Origin: an uncultured Methanosarcinales archaeon
GTDB lineage: Archaea > Nanobdellota > Nanobdellia > Woesearchaeales > GW2011-AR9
Assembly: GCA_964362365.1 (NCBI GenBank)
Contig: CAYIEF010000004.1
Location: forward strand, 1-55,594
Length of the DNA: 55,594 nucleotides
Direction of reading: 5' to 3'
Shown: piece after piece, positions 9,610 through 19,736 of the stretch
Position numbering within the stretch: position 1 is the stretch's first letter
Layout: every line of letters starts with the position of its first letter
Notes under the pieces: model-generated
Databases searched by the model: none
Told to the model about the DNA's origin: nothing
The model's input: only the letters and a program-made list of their open reading frames with translations
Position numbers and translations under genes: made by a program

Positions 9610-10386
9610 ATGTGGACACATAACCTCAACCCCATACTCTTCCAGCTTGGCCCTTTAGAAATCCGCTGGTACGGCTTAGTGTACATCCTAGGTTTTTTCT
9701 TAGCCATCTGGTGGCTCAAACACCTGCAAAGAAAAGGCTTTATTTCCTTGTCAAAGGATGAAATTTGGGACTTTGTGTTTTACTTAATGCTAGGAGTTTT
9801 AGTAGGATCAAGATTATTCATGATCTTCTGGAATCCAGAGATATATCTTTACCATCCCCTCAATTTACTGAAAATCTGGGAAGGAGGCATGAGTTTTCAT
9901 GGCGGCTTTGTAGGAATTGTCACTGCCGCTTGGTTGTATTGCAAGAAGAAGAAGCTGCCTTTTTGGAAGATGGCTGATGTTATGAGTGTACTTACTATTC
10001 TTGCCCTGGCTTTAGGCAGGCTTGCTAATTTTGTCAACGGGGAATTAGTAGGAAGAGTCTGGAATGGCCAATGGTGTGTGATCTTTCCTGATTACGGCTC
10101 AGAATGCCGGCACCCCAACATGATCTACTCATTTTTCCAGCGTATGGTTGTTTTTGGTTGGTTGTTTTTCCTTACCTTTTGGAAAGAATTTAAGCCCGGT
10201 TTTATCTTCTGGAACTTCGTCTTCTGGGAAGGACTAGGAAGGATTATTGTTGATTTTTACCGAGAAGACATTTTGTATTTAGGCTTTAGTTTAGGGCAAT
10301 GGTTCAGCGCAGTGATGGTTATTGTGGCTTTAGTTGCTTTCATGAAATATTATAAAGAAGATTGGAAGAAAATATTGAAAAAATGA
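9610..10386 (+). CDS. lgt: prolipoprotein diacylglyceryl transferase
   Basis: IRWYGL, IWEGGMSFHGG, LGRLANFVNGELVGR, HP, GRIIVDFYRE motifs. Confidence 0.92.
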   Translation: MWTHNLNPILFQLGPLEIRWYGLVYILGFFLAIWWLKHLQRKGFISLSKDEIWDFVFYLMLGVLVGSRLFMIFWNPEIYLYHPLNLLKIWEGGMSFHGGFVGIVTAAWLYCKKKKLPFWKMADVMSVLTILALALGRLANFVNGELVGRVWNGQWCVIFPDYGSECRHPNMIYSFFQRMVVFGWLFFLTFWKEFKPGFIFWNFVFWEGLGRIIVDFYREDILYLGFSLGQWFSAVMVIVALVAFMKYYKEDWKKILKK

Positions 10387-10766
10387 AAATCACTATTGTT
10401 AATGGAGTAATAGTCAAAGATAATAAACTTCTTCTGTTAAAGAAATTTTCAAAGGATTATTACGAAACACCAGGAGGCAAAACAGAGGAAGGGGAGAGCG
10501 TAGAGGATTGTCTGGTCAGAGAACTTCAAGAAGAAGTAGGAATAAAAGCGGTTTCTTTTACGAAATTTCTTGAAACAGACAAATTTAACTTCGAAAATAA
10601 AGAGATTACAAACTACTCATTTTTAATAAAGAAATTTGAAGGAAGCCCAAGATTAGTTGAAGAGGATGTATTTGAAAAATTAGTTTGGGTAGGAATTAAA
10701 GACGCCAAGAAACTGCCTTTAGCACCAAATGTTAAGAAGATTGTCAAAAAATTAGAAAAGAGCTAA
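10383..10766 (+). CDS. NUDIX hydrolase
   Basis: PGGKTEEGESVEDCLVRELQEEVG Nudix box. Confidence 0.93.
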   Translation: MKITIVNGVIVKDNKLLLLKKFSKDYYETPGGKTEEGESVEDCLVRELQEEVGIKAVSFTKFLETDKFNFENKEITNYSFLIKKFEGSPRLVEEDVFEKLVWVGIKDAKKLPLAPNVKKIVKKLEKS

Positions 10767-10773
10767 TGAAAGT

Positions 10774-12543
10774 CTAACTATAATACAAATTTCCTTCAGC
10801 CTTCTGCTCTCTGTCTTTCACAGAATCTAGCTTATTGATTCTTGGCCTATGTGAAGTAATATCCCTGCGCATAGTAATTCCCAAGCTCTTCAGAAATAAG
10901 TTCATCCCTTCTTCCATGGAAAGAGGCCCTTCCAAATGTCCTTCTCTTGCCGGTATACCGGAGAACACAATTAACCTATTGGAAATATAATCAAGGAACA
11001 TCAAATCGTGGTCCACCACTAAGATGGTTACATCCCTTTCCCAAGCGACGTTTTTGATGATTTTTGAAATCAATAACCGCTGTTCTATATCCAAGTAGGC
11101 TGAAGGCTCGTCCAGTAAAAACAAATTTGCATCTTGGGACAAGCAATGAGCAATGGCTACTCGCTGCAGCTGTCCTCCGGAAAGTTCCGATAATTTCTGG
11201 GTAAATAATTTTTCTACATCTAAAGGCCTAATCAATTGATGCTGGTATTTAGCTACTGCTTCATGCAACAATTCTCCAACCGTAATTTCTGAATCCGTTT
11301 CTAAATATTGCGGCTTGTATGATACTTTTACGTTTGTTCCAAGTTCTCCGGAGTCTGGCTTGACCAATCCTGCCAATATTTTGATGAAGGAAGTTTTTCC
11401 AATTCCATTTTCGCCTAGTATTCCTATGATCTCGCCTTTGTAGAGCGTTCCTTCTTTTGCAGTAAGGATAAAGTTACCTTGCTTTTTGCTAAGTTTACTC
11501 CAAGAAGTTAAAGAGATTTGAGAACCACTCTTAACGTCTTGTGCTTTTTCATATTTTATAGCATGATCACGGAAACGCACGTTCTCTTCTTTTAGATAAC
11601 CGTCTAGAAAGGCGTTTACTCCTTCACGTGCATTTTTCACTCCTGAAACAACCCCGAATGCTCCCTCATTTCCGTACATGATATTTACTAAGTCAGCCAT
11701 ATAATCAAAAATGATCAAATCGTGCTCAATGACCATGATGGCAGTTTCAGGTGCAGCTAAAGCTTCAATAAATTTGGATACTTTGATTCTTTGTTTGATA
11801 TCCAAATATGATGTTGGCTCATCAAAGAGGTATAAATTTGCCTTCTTCAATACTGCTGCAGCGATTGCTACTCTTTGCAGCTCTCCTCCAGAAATAGTTC
11901 CTATCTCGTTGTCAAGAACCTTGACGATATCCAGCTCCAGCGCCACTTTACTGAGCATGGAATTTGTATCAATTTTAGAAAGCAATTGCCGCACTGTTCC
12001 GGAAAATTGTTTTGGAATTAAATCAACTTGCTGAGGTTTGTATGACAGTGAAATTTCTCCTTTTCCTAATTTTTCTAAGAATTTCTGGGTTTCTGAACCT
12101 TTGAAATAACTAACAACCTGTTTGAAATCAGGAACCTTGGTCCAATCTCCTAAATTAGGTTTTATCATCCCTGACATAATCTTTAATGCCGTGGATTTAC
12201 CAATGCCATTTTTCCCTAAAATTCCAGTAACTTTCCCAAACATCGGTGAAGGCAATGAGTACAATTCAAACAGATTTTCACCATAGCGATGGAGTGGAGA
12301 TTTGTCTAAAGTAGTCGGCAGATTGATGATCTCGATCGCTCCAAAGGGGCATCGATTAGGACATATCCCGCATCCGGTGCAGAGCATCTCATCGATGCGT
12401 GCTTTCTTGTCCGGTTCGCCTGGATAGATGCAGTCCGCACCTGCACGATTGACAGGGCACAATTTAGCGCAAAGGTAGTTGCCGCACTCATTAGGATGGC
12501 ATTTGTCCCGGTGTATGATTGCTATACGTTTTCTGGTGCTCAT
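10774..12543 (-). CDS. rli: ribosome recycling/biogenesis factor ABCE1 (RLI)
   Basis: N-terminal 4Fe-4S Cys cluster, two ABC domains ([16 protein letters not shown]; [16 protein letters not shown]), RPRINKLDS. Confidence 0.97.
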   Translation of the reverse strand: MSTRKRIAIIHRDKCHPNECGNYLCAKLCPVNRAGADCIYPGEPDKKARIDEMLCTGCGICPNRCPFGAIEIINLPTTLDKSPLHRYGENLFELYSLPSPMFGKVTGILGKNGIGKSTALKIMSGMIKPNLGDWTKVPDFKQVVSYFKGSETQKFLEKLGKGEISLSYKPQQVDLIPKQFSGTVRQLLSKIDTNSMLSKVALELDIVKVLDNEIGTISGGELQRVAIAAAVLKKANLYLFDEPTSYLDIKQRIKVSKFIEALAAPETAIMVIEHDLIIFDYMADLVNIMYGNEGAFGVVSGVKNAREGVNAFLDGYLKEENVRFRDHAIKYEKAQDVKSGSQISLTSWSKLSKKQGNFILTAKEGTLYKGEIIGILGENGIGKTSFIKILAGLVKPDSGELGTNVKVSYKPQYLETDSEITVGELLHEAVAKYQHQLIRPLDVEKLFTQKLSELSGGQLQRVAIAHCLSQDANLFLLDEPSAYLDIEQRLLISKIIKNVAWERDVTILVVDHDLMFLDYISNRLIVFSGIPAREGHLEGPLSMEEGMNLFLKSLGITMRRDITSHRPRINKLDSVKDREQKAEGNLYYS

Positions 12544-12590
12544 GGTATTCTCTTTCTAAGCTTATTTTATATTCTTTGCGGTATAGAATT

Positions 12591-12959
12591 TTACTTCACA
12601 AACATTACATTTTGCAGATCTTTAAACTGCAAATCACCTGTTAGAAACAGAATTTTGCGTTCTTTCGCTGTTTGGTATCCAACACAATCGGCATATGATA
12701 ATTTTCTTTTCTTATGCTGCAGCCGAAAAATCATAGCTTCCTTAATAGTTTCTTTGCTTGGATCAACCATTAGGGGAAAGAGCGCATCCATGACTGCATC
12801 AGCTTTTTCCTTAGTGCTTTCGCTTAATACGGAGTAATAAATCTCCACTAGGTTGAACATGGTAAGAACGCCGGTATGGTCTTCAAAATACGAAACAAAA
12901 TGATGATTGTTTTTGATATATTCAATGATAGCATAACTATCATAAAAGAAAACAGTCAT
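12591..12959 (-). CDS. vapC: VapC PIN-domain toxin
   Basis: FFYDSYAIIE...LSYADCVGY...LFLTGDLQF. Confidence 0.9.
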   Translation of the reverse strand: MTVFFYDSYAIIEYIKNNHHFVSYFEDHTGVLTMFNLVEIYYSVLSESTKEKADAVMDALFPLMVDPSKETIKEAMIFRLQHKKRKLSYADCVGYQTAKERKILFLTGDLQFKDLQNVMFVK

Positions 12960-13168
12960 TCCCAGCCGGACCTCATTTCATCTTTAATTTCTTGCGCAGA
13001 TTTCTTGAATGAAACAAGACCCCTTAATTTTTTGAGATCAACAACTCTTTTAATTTCTATAATCACTTTTTGATTTTCATGCAAAAATTCTTCTTTGATA
13101 AGTTTTTTTGGAATAGCTATACCTAAAGAATTCCCCCATTTCCTAGTTTGGACTTCTATTTCAGTCAT
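12956..13168 (-). CDS. vapB: AbrB/MazE-type antitoxin
   Basis: TRKWGNSLGIAIPK; 4-bp overlap with vapC; start moved to MTEIE. Confidence 0.9.
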   Translation of the reverse strand: MTEIEVQTRKWGNSLGIAIPKKLIKEEFLHENQKVIIEIKRVVDLKKLRGLVSFKKSAQEIKDEMRSGWE

Positions 13169-13241
13169 TTGTTTAATTATAGTATAATTATATATAAACA
13201 TTTCGCAATAATTTTATAAAAAGCGACAATTCCGCATAACC

Positions 13242-13403
13242 ATGGCTAAATGCAGCATTTGCGGAAACAATATAGCGGAGTTGTTTTTAGAGAAGCTGAA
13301 GGGAACAGTAGTGCGAAAACCTGGCTCCAGCAAACAATATCCGGTTTGTTTCGAATGCCAGAAGAAGTTTCCAAGTAAAGAAGAATTACTGAAAAAGCTA
13401 TAA
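13242..13403 (+). CDS. small Zn-finger protein (53 aa)
   Basis: Manual translation MAKCSICGNNIAELFLEKLKGTVVRKPGSSKQYPVCFECQKKFPSKEELLKKL*; CxxC...CxxC. Confidence 0.75.
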   Translation: MAKCSICGNNIAELFLEKLKGTVVRKPGSSKQYPVCFECQKKFPSKEELLKKL

Positions 13404-13496
13404 ACTTCGCTCATGCCCTTATGGCTAAACGGCAAGTGTCACGCCACTTGAGAGGCGGGGCGACATGCGCTTCGCTAGTCACCTTAACGATACCAC

Positions 13497-13614
13497 GCCC
13501 TTATGGCTCAACGGTAGAGCGACTGCTTCGTATATCGCAACTAGCGTTGCGGAACTTTCGACGCTAGTGCGTCAAAAGAGCAGTAGGTTGAGGGTTCAAA
13601 TCCCTCTAAGGGCT
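13497..13614 (+). tRNA. tRNA-Thr(CGU) with 46-nt intron at 37/38 (13533-13578)
   Basis: GCCCTTA/TAAGGGC acceptor, GCTC/GAGC D stem, ACTGC/GCAGT anticodon stem, GAGGG-TTCAAAT-CCCTC T arm, U73; relaxed BHB (one mismatch in central helix). Confidence 0.9.
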
Positions 13615-13637
13615 TTATAATCATTGGAGGACAGAAA

Positions 13638-14408
13638 ATGGATGAACACAATAAGTGGAATATGAAGAAGTATTTAGAAGAGAGAACTAGATCCAAGCTA
13701 GAGCAAAAGATGCACGCCCTTTTACAAACATTTTCTGATGGAAAAATAACTGTTGAAGAGATGCAGCTTTTTTTCGACCAAACAACAAGACCACTAGATT
13801 TTATACGGCGATATGAAGACAAATTGAATTTTTCCAGTGATAAGGAAACAAAAGATTTTTTTGATTCGCTCATGGTGTTATGGAACCAGACGCCCAGAAC
13901 GGAACTGCATGGAAAAAGTCCTTCCCAGACGTATGAACATGAAGAAAAACGTTGCAAGCTTTGCGAAGTAAAACCAGCTTGTCCACATTGTGGAGAAAGA
14001 CTTACAGAAAGAGGATTATATGCCCATACAACATACGGCCAGGAAGGAGAAATGAAGGAGCTTTTTTGCGAAAAATGCAAAAAGAATTTTCATGATTTTT
14101 CAATGGATCTGTCTCCGAAAATAGATGAAGAAACGCATTCTCGGGTTGAAGAGCTGGCTACAACTATCACAGACAATTGCTTTAATGGAGTTTGGAAGAA
14201 CTTTAAAAAAGAGGTGAGTGATCTTTCCAAAAAAGAATTGGCTGAAGAAATGTTTTTTGCAGGAGTTGTCAATTCCTTGATATCTTTTTATGCTTTTGGC
14301 GTGCCAAAAGAAATGCTTAAAGTATGGGCTAAAATGTTTGGCGGCGAGGAAGAGGAAATGGAACAGGCGATGAAAGAGTTAGAAGAAAAAATGAAGGTGA
14401 AAAAATGA
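13638..14408 (+). CDS. hypothetical protein with Zn-ribbon
   Basis: CKLC...CPHCG...CEKC; lies directly after the tRNA. Confidence 0.7.
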   Translation: MDEHNKWNMKKYLEERTRSKLEQKMHALLQTFSDGKITVEEMQLFFDQTTRPLDFIRRYEDKLNFSSDKETKDFFDSLMVLWNQTPRTELHGKSPSQTYEHEEKRCKLCEVKPACPHCGERLTERGLYAHTTYGQEGEMKELFCEKCKKNFHDFSMDLSPKIDEETHSRVEELATTITDNCFNGVWKNFKKEVSDLSKKELAEEMFFAGVVNSLISFYAFGVPKEMLKVWAKMFGGEEEEMEQAMKELEEKMKVKK

Positions 14409-15289
14409 CCTTGTTTAGAGAAAAATGGTTAGCAGCAGTTGAAAAAAATAATTCTGTTTTGTGTGCTGGCTTAGATCCGGCAGAATTCAATATGGGAAGA
14501 GGTGAAGAAGGGCTTTTTGAAGATGATACCCAGCTAACATTTGGAATACGTTTTTTGCAAGCAGTTGCTCCCTACTGTGCTGCGGTTAAAACCAATGTTC
14601 AGTATTGGAAGAATGAAGGTGGTATGGAAGCATTAGCACTTCTTTTAGAATATGCTCAAAAACATCTTGGTTTAGTAACTATTGACGATTCTAAATTAGC
14701 TGACATTGGTTCAACTAATGATGCCGGCTTATATCATGCTAAACAAAAAGGATTTGATGCAGTTACTCTAGCTCCCTTTGCTGGAAACATGCAAGAAGCG
14801 GCTGAACAGGCTAAGAAGCGAGATATCGGCTTGATTTCCATGTGCTTGATGAGCAATCCTGAATATGAAATGATAAAGAATCAATGGGTGCGTGTAGAAA
14901 ATATAAATAATTTTCCTAACTCCTATGATATAGTTGAAATCCAAGGTGTTCCTCATGTTAGAAAATATATCCAACTAGCTCACGATGCAGCCAAATATGG
15001 TGTTGAAGGGATTGTTGTCGGTGCGCCAAGTAAAAAGAACCATATTACTGAAGATGAACTTAAAAAAGTTCAGGACTACTCTAGAGCCGATACTTTGGTC
15101 CTTCTTCCCGGCGTCGGAGCGCAAGGCGGAGAAGCTAATGTAATTTGGAAATATTTTGATAAAAACAATGTTATTGTCAACGTCGGCAGAGCCTTGATGT
15201 TTCCAAATGGGAGTAATTCTACGCCGGTAGAACAAGCTGAAGCTGCGAAAAATTATCAGAAGATGCTGGATCAGCTGCGTAGTAAATAA
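14405..15289 (+). CDS. pyrF: orotidine-5'-phosphate decarboxylase
   Basis: LCAGLDP, KTN, DDSKLADIGSTN, LLPGVGAQGG, VNVGRAL. Confidence 0.92.
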   Translation: MTLFREKWLAAVEKNNSVLCAGLDPAEFNMGRGEEGLFEDDTQLTFGIRFLQAVAPYCAAVKTNVQYWKNEGGMEALALLLEYAQKHLGLVTIDDSKLADIGSTNDAGLYHAKQKGFDAVTLAPFAGNMQEAAEQAKKRDIGLISMCLMSNPEYEMIKNQWVRVENINNFPNSYDIVEIQGVPHVRKYIQLAHDAAKYGVEGIVVGAPSKKNHITEDELKKVQDYSRADTLVLLPGVGAQGGEANVIWKYFDKNNVIVNVGRALMFPNGSNSTPVEQAEAAKNYQKMLDQLRSK

Positions 15290-16348
15290 TTATTTTCTTT
15301 TTTCTAATTTTCTGAAATACTGCTTCGATTTTATCAATATTTTCTCTTTCAAATTTTCATTGAGCTGTAATCCCCCAACTAATTTATCTAAATCAATTTC
15401 AGAAAGTTCCGTAAATTTCCCCTCTAACTTCCTGCCTGCTCTTTTGCATCCTTCTTCCAATTCCCGTGCATAAATGGAATTAAAATCCAAGAAAACTTTG
15501 AATCTGCTGAATCCATTTGCTCCAGCACGCAGATATAATTCCACGTCTTGTGTTCGTTCCTGCACTAACGCAACTTTAATCTGCACTTCTGGGCAAGCGA
15601 TCCTGATCTTAGCGATCCACCAAGCCATGTAATCTGGATTAGGCGGTGGCACTTTGTTAAACACCGTATTTTCCTGCGGCTTGAGGAAGCATAACTGCAC
15701 TTTCTCGATGTTGTATTGTTTTATTTTTTCAATCACCATTTCTACGTCATCTTTTCGTTCTCCAATTCCCAGAATGATGGTGATGAGCTTCTGCAATCTT
15801 TCTTCTTGCAAGTTCCCCAAAAATTTCATCAAGGATTTAAGCGGTTTGGAAGGACAGATGAAATTATGCAGCTCTTCATCGAACGATTCGATGGCTGATC
15901 CCATCCCCAAAACATACGGCTTGAGTTTTACAATTTCGCTTTTTGGATAAGGCCCGAAGTTCATCATGATCTTTTCCCCAGTGATAGTATTTATTTTGCT
16001 GATCAAATCTATCAAATACTGAGTTGACTCAACTCGCAATCCTCCGGTGATATATCCCACTTTCCAACCCATCGCTTTACAGACCAACACTTCTGCTAGA
16101 ATTGACGCAGGGCTGCGTATTGCGGTTGGTTTTTCTTTTGGATCATGTCTTGGTTTGGTAGACAAAAAACAGTATTTGCAATCAGCAATGCTGCAAGTCC
16201 AATTGATGAAGATAGAACGTTCGAAATACGCAGTGTTTGGGAAATTTTTTTGGTAGATTTTTTCCGCTTCTGGCAGCAAAGCTTCTAACTCTTCTGTGTT
16301 TACCACATGAGTGCGATTATTCTCTTTGATTTGGGCTATGAAATCCAT
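15290..16348 (-). CDS. radical SAM protein, biotin-synthase-like
   Basis: CSIADCKYC (CxxxCxxC), ITGG, PQENT...PPP...IAKIRIACP. Confidence 0.85.
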   Translation of the reverse strand: MDFIAQIKENNRTHVVNTEELEALLPEAEKIYQKNFPNTAYFERSIFINWTCSIADCKYCFLSTKPRHDPKEKPTAIRSPASILAEVLVCKAMGWKVGYITGGLRVESTQYLIDLISKINTITGEKIMMNFGPYPKSEIVKLKPYVLGMGSAIESFDEELHNFICPSKPLKSLMKFLGNLQEERLQKLITIILGIGERKDDVEMVIEKIKQYNIEKVQLCFLKPQENTVFNKVPPPNPDYMAWWIAKIRIACPEVQIKVALVQERTQDVELYLRAGANGFSRFKVFLDFNSIYARELEEGCKRAGRKLEGKFTELSEIDLDKLVGGLQLNENLKEKILIKSKQYFRKLEKRK

Positions 16349-16436
16349 AGATTTTGATTTTCAGGTTCTTTTAAAAAAGTATCTTAAAAAAATAAAAACC
16401 ACCACTTAGATATTAAGCCTTTACCTTTAGCATGTC

Positions 16437-16462
16437 GTGGGGTCTCTGAAAGAGTACCCCAC
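16437..16462. repeat. intergenic GAA-loop hairpin
   Basis: GTGGGGT-CTCT-GAA-AGAG-T-ACCCCAC. Confidence 0.5.
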
Positions 16463-16544
16463 TTGAGTACGACTCGCCTAGTGTAGCTGGCTTGTGGAAC
16501 AAGAATCAGAAAGATTATTAAATACCATTTCCAGAAATGGAAAA

Positions 16545-17294
16545 ATGGTGGTTAAAGCAGGAAAAGCTGTGCAAAAGGAGCTGGAGCACCAGCAAGAGCA
16601 GGAAATCTCTTTGCTAGCAGAAAATGATCTTCAAGCCTCAGCTCAACAGAATGATGGGAGAAGTGTTCTGATCTTGATCGGAGTTTTGATAGCCGTATTT
16701 GTGGTTGCCATAGCTGGTTTTAAAACCTACAATAATTTTACTACTGCTGGAGTAGTGCTTATCGATGATCTTCACCAGCAGAACTTAGATGGGAAGCTGG
16801 ACAGCGATGAAGGTTATGTATACAATGGATACAGCTTTGTCAAAGCAGATGGCCTATGGTGGACTGGAGTTGAGGTAAAGAACAGGATCATTAAAATCCC
16901 TCTTCATTATGGCCCTCGAGATGTCGAGACGATACCGGTGACTGGAAAGTTGGCTCCAGAATTCAATCAAGGGGAAAAAATATATGTGGCTATCGATCCA
17001 ACAGTAAACTATGATAAGTATTATACTTTGGGCTTGATGGAATTGAATAATAATATTCTTCAGGGAATTAATAGGAATATAGAAGCAGCGTGCAGTGCTG
17101 AAAATCAAGTCTGCGAAAATAGAACTGTTATCAATTGTGAAAACACCAATGGACAGCCTGTAGTCCAGTTATCGGTTGATGAAAAACCAAGTGTTACTCT
17201 CAAGGGAACTTGCATCGATATTCGAGGAAGCGGCGAAGAATTAGTAAAGTCCGTTGATTTAGCATTATATGTGTGGTATAAAGTATTTGGTTAG
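16545..17294 (+). CDS. membrane-anchored exported hypothetical protein
   Basis: Single TM then soluble domain with Cys; ATG 16545 preferred over the ORF-track start. Confidence 0.65.
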   Translation: MVVKAGKAVQKELEHQQEQEISLLAENDLQASAQQNDGRSVLILIGVLIAVFVVAIAGFKTYNNFTTAGVVLIDDLHQQNLDGKLDSDEGYVYNGYSFVKADGLWWTGVEVKNRIIKIPLHYGPRDVETIPVTGKLAPEFNQGEKIYVAIDPTVNYDKYYTLGLMELNNNILQGINRNIEAACSAENQVCENRTVINCENTNGQPVVQLSVDEKPSVTLKGTCIDIRGSGEELVKSVDLALYVWYKVFG

Positions 17295-17300
17295 GTTATA

Positions 17301-17675
17301 TCACACTTTCAATCCTAGAACTTCTACGTTATTTCTGTTGACTGCTATAAGCCGGAAATTTAATCCCATCTGTAATACTGCTTCTAATACGGCCATGTGT
17401 TCTTTTCCAGAACCGGAAGCAAGATTCAATGCTACTTCAAAATCGGTGATTTTGTCTTTCAGTTGCTTTTTGATCTGATCGGTGATGATGGTAGTCGGAG
17501 TGTCTGGAAAACTATCCACTAGCACCAGTTCCATGTTCTTTCCCGGGGCGTAGTTATCTTTCCCGAATTGGTTGGTAATAAGAAATACCTTGTTCCACTC
17601 CTGGCTTTGTGCGATCTTGCTGACTTCTGCCCAGGTTCCTTTTCCAGTAGATAAGCAAGCGATTAAGGTTGGCAT
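17301..17675 (-). CDS. small Rossmann-like hypothetical protein (possible stand-alone CARF-like domain)
   Basis: MPTLIACLSTGKGTW...KVFLITN...VALNLASGSGKEHMA. Confidence 0.55.
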   Translation of the reverse strand: MPTLIACLSTGKGTWAEVSKIAQSQEWNKVFLITNQFGKDNYAPGKNMELVLVDSFPDTPTTIITDQIKKQLKDKITDFEVALNLASGSGKEHMAVLEAVLQMGLNFRLIAVNRNNVEVLGLKV

Positions 17676-17727
17676 ATTAAAAATTGGCACGACAACTATT
17701 TAAATTAATTTATATTGCTGAGTATAG

Positions 17728-18465
17728 ATGTTAATAAGCTTTTTCGAAGAGTTTCCCACAGAAGATACCTTGGCCAAATTGAAACTAGTCTCCTGGCCGA
17801 CCAAACTGTATGTAGCTGCCCATACTCTTCAGCAGTTCAGAGCAGTCACTTCGGTAGTACGGCACAACAATAATCTTCTGGAAGCGGTCTATTGGCCTAT
17901 CCTCAAAAAGAAGCAAGGATACTGGATTTCCCCTTTCTCCAAGCAAAGTGCATTGCAACATTTGTTTGATGAATTAGAACATAAGAATGTCCCAGTCATG
18001 CTTGATTTAGAACTGCCTACTACCCAAAATCCTTTTCTTTATTTGTCTCAATTTCTTAATTTCAAAAAAGACAAGAAACTAATTCATTCCTTTATCTGCA
18101 ATCATCCAGGGGAAACTTATCTGTGTGAATATTCTGCTCATGAGAAAAACTTGAAACGTCTTGGTCTGCATTATTCTAACAAAAAGAGCAAAGTGATGAA
18201 GATGCTCTACCATTCCGTGCATTATTACAGCGATGAGAAACTGAGATTAGAGATGCAGCAAGGCTTAGAAGAATTTGGCGAGAGGTATATTGTTGGTTTT
18301 GGCACGATTGCTGCCGGCGTGAACGGTAATGAGCCTTTACTTTCTGCTGAACAGTTAGAGAAAGATCTGCGCATTGCGCAGGAAGTTGGGGTAAAGGAAG
18401 TGGTGCTGTTTAGATTAGGCGGATTGAATAAGAAGTATGTGAAAGTGCTGGAGAAGTATGCGTGA
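17728..18465 (+). CDS. hypothetical protein, possible TIM-barrel
   Basis: 245-aa ORF; VMLDLELP, VGFGTIAAG, EVVLFRLGG. Confidence 0.55.
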   Translation: MLISFFEEFPTEDTLAKLKLVSWPTKLYVAAHTLQQFRAVTSVVRHNNNLLEAVYWPILKKKQGYWISPFSKQSALQHLFDELEHKNVPVMLDLELPTTQNPFLYLSQFLNFKKDKKLIHSFICNHPGETYLCEYSAHEKNLKRLGLHYSNKKSKVMKMLYHSVHYYSDEKLRLEMQQGLEEFGERYIVGFGTIAAGVNGNEPLLSAEQLEKDLRIAQEVGVKEVVLFRLGGLNKKYVKVLEKYA

Positions 18466-18939
18466 TTACTTTTTTAAATTCCACCATCTTTCTTTAAGAA
18501 ATTCTCCTAAAGTTGTTTGACTGCCAACTAATTTAGTTGAATCTGCGGGATATTCCAGACCTTCCCATCGGTCAGGGATCTTATCATAGGTAAATCCTGC
18601 TTCTGGTAATGTAGGGTCAGATTCGTGAACTAAATAAAGGCCTGCAAACTTTCCGCGTTCTATTTCCTGCCTCTTACTTGAAAATTCTTCGACAAAATCA
18701 GCAGAAAAATCGTTCAGACTTTCTTCTAGAGATTTTTTATTTTTTCTTCTTTTGAATTTTCTAAGTTCCTTCTCCAAGACAGCCGAATATTTTCTTGCAA
18801 GGGCTTGGTATTCTCTTTGCGCGATTCTTACAGGTTGAACATCTGCCGGAGAAACTTCTCTCATATATACAACTGTATGTTCACTACCTTGTTCAAAAAC
18901 GGCATTCATATCACTAACGATATACGTCTTGTTGGCCAT
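18466..18939 (-). CDS. hypothetical protein
   Basis: 157-aa ORF abutting neighbour. Confidence 0.55.
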   Translation of the reverse strand: MANKTYIVSDMNAVFEQGSEHTVVYMREVSPADVQPVRIAQREYQALARKYSAVLEKELRKFKRRKNKKSLEESLNDFSADFVEEFSSKRQEIERGKFAGLYLVHESDPTLPEAGFTYDKIPDRWEGLEYPADSTKLVGSQTTLGEFLKERWWNLKK

Positions 18940-19009
18940 ATTTTTATTTTTCTTCCTAGCTTTATATATTTTTTGTTGTTAAATTCCTAAACCAAATACT
19001 TCAAAAAAC

Positions 19010-19735
19010 TCACCTTAGCAAAATCTTTTTTATCTGTTTATTCAATCTTCCATTTAGGGGTATCCTTGTTGGAAACCAAAGCCTAAGTGCGCTCAAATCA
19101 AGATTAACTGTATTTTGATTGAATTCATAATGATTGCGAGCAATCTCGGCAGCTCGAAGAGTAATTTTTTCATCTCTCGTTTCTGAATATGTTGAATAAA
19201 TAAATTTCAGGACATCAATAGCTTTCAAAGTAGTAGCGGGTTTTTCTTGGTCATAGAAATACCCCTCAAAATCCATCCAGTATGCATCATAACCGCTTAA
19301 CAAAATATTTTTAACATGAGCATCTCCAATAATTACGTCTTTATAATGTATCCTCCGAAGAGAGCGAAATCCTTCCTGTAATGCTCTTTCTCTTTTCAGG
19401 TCAGAAAGATTACTGAATGGGGTTCCCTCAATAAATTCTCGGATAATTGTATCCTCGTTATGTGCAAATACGCTAGGGGCGCCGCATCCGGCTAGTTTTT
19501 CTAAACAAGCTGCCTCTCTTTGAAGACGTTCAAAAGATGTTCCTACTCCTCTGGTTTGGTAAAAAAGTCCATCTTGGAGTGCATAGTAAAAATTAGCAAG
19601 AGATGATAAATGTCCTGCTTTCTTAATTACATACTTTTTACTTTCAAATTCTACCGGAAAAACAATATTTGTGGCCCTATAATTTTCTCCGCACCTGAAC
19701 TTTTCAGGATTTTCTAATAGTCTTTCAAAGGCCAT
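19010..19735 (-). CDS. protein-kinase-like (Bud32/RIO/Kdo-like) protein
   Basis: YVIKK, IIREFIEG, IIGDAHVKNILL, WMDFE. Confidence 0.75.
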   Translation of the reverse strand: MAFERLLENPEKFRCGENYRATNIVFPVEFESKKYVIKKAGHLSSLANFYYALQDGLFYQTRGVGTSFERLQREAACLEKLAGCGAPSVFAHNEDTIIREFIEGTPFSNLSDLKRERALQEGFRSLRRIHYKDVIIGDAHVKNILLSGYDAYWMDFEGYFYDQEKPATTLKAIDVLKFIYSTYSETRDEKITLRAAEIARNHYEFNQNTVNLDLSALRLWFPTRIPLNGRLNKQIKKILLR

Positions 19736-19736
19736 T

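Noticed and set aside
13541-14080. 179-aa minus-strand ORF
   Set aside because: Antisense shadow of the 13638 gene and overlaps tRNA-Thr
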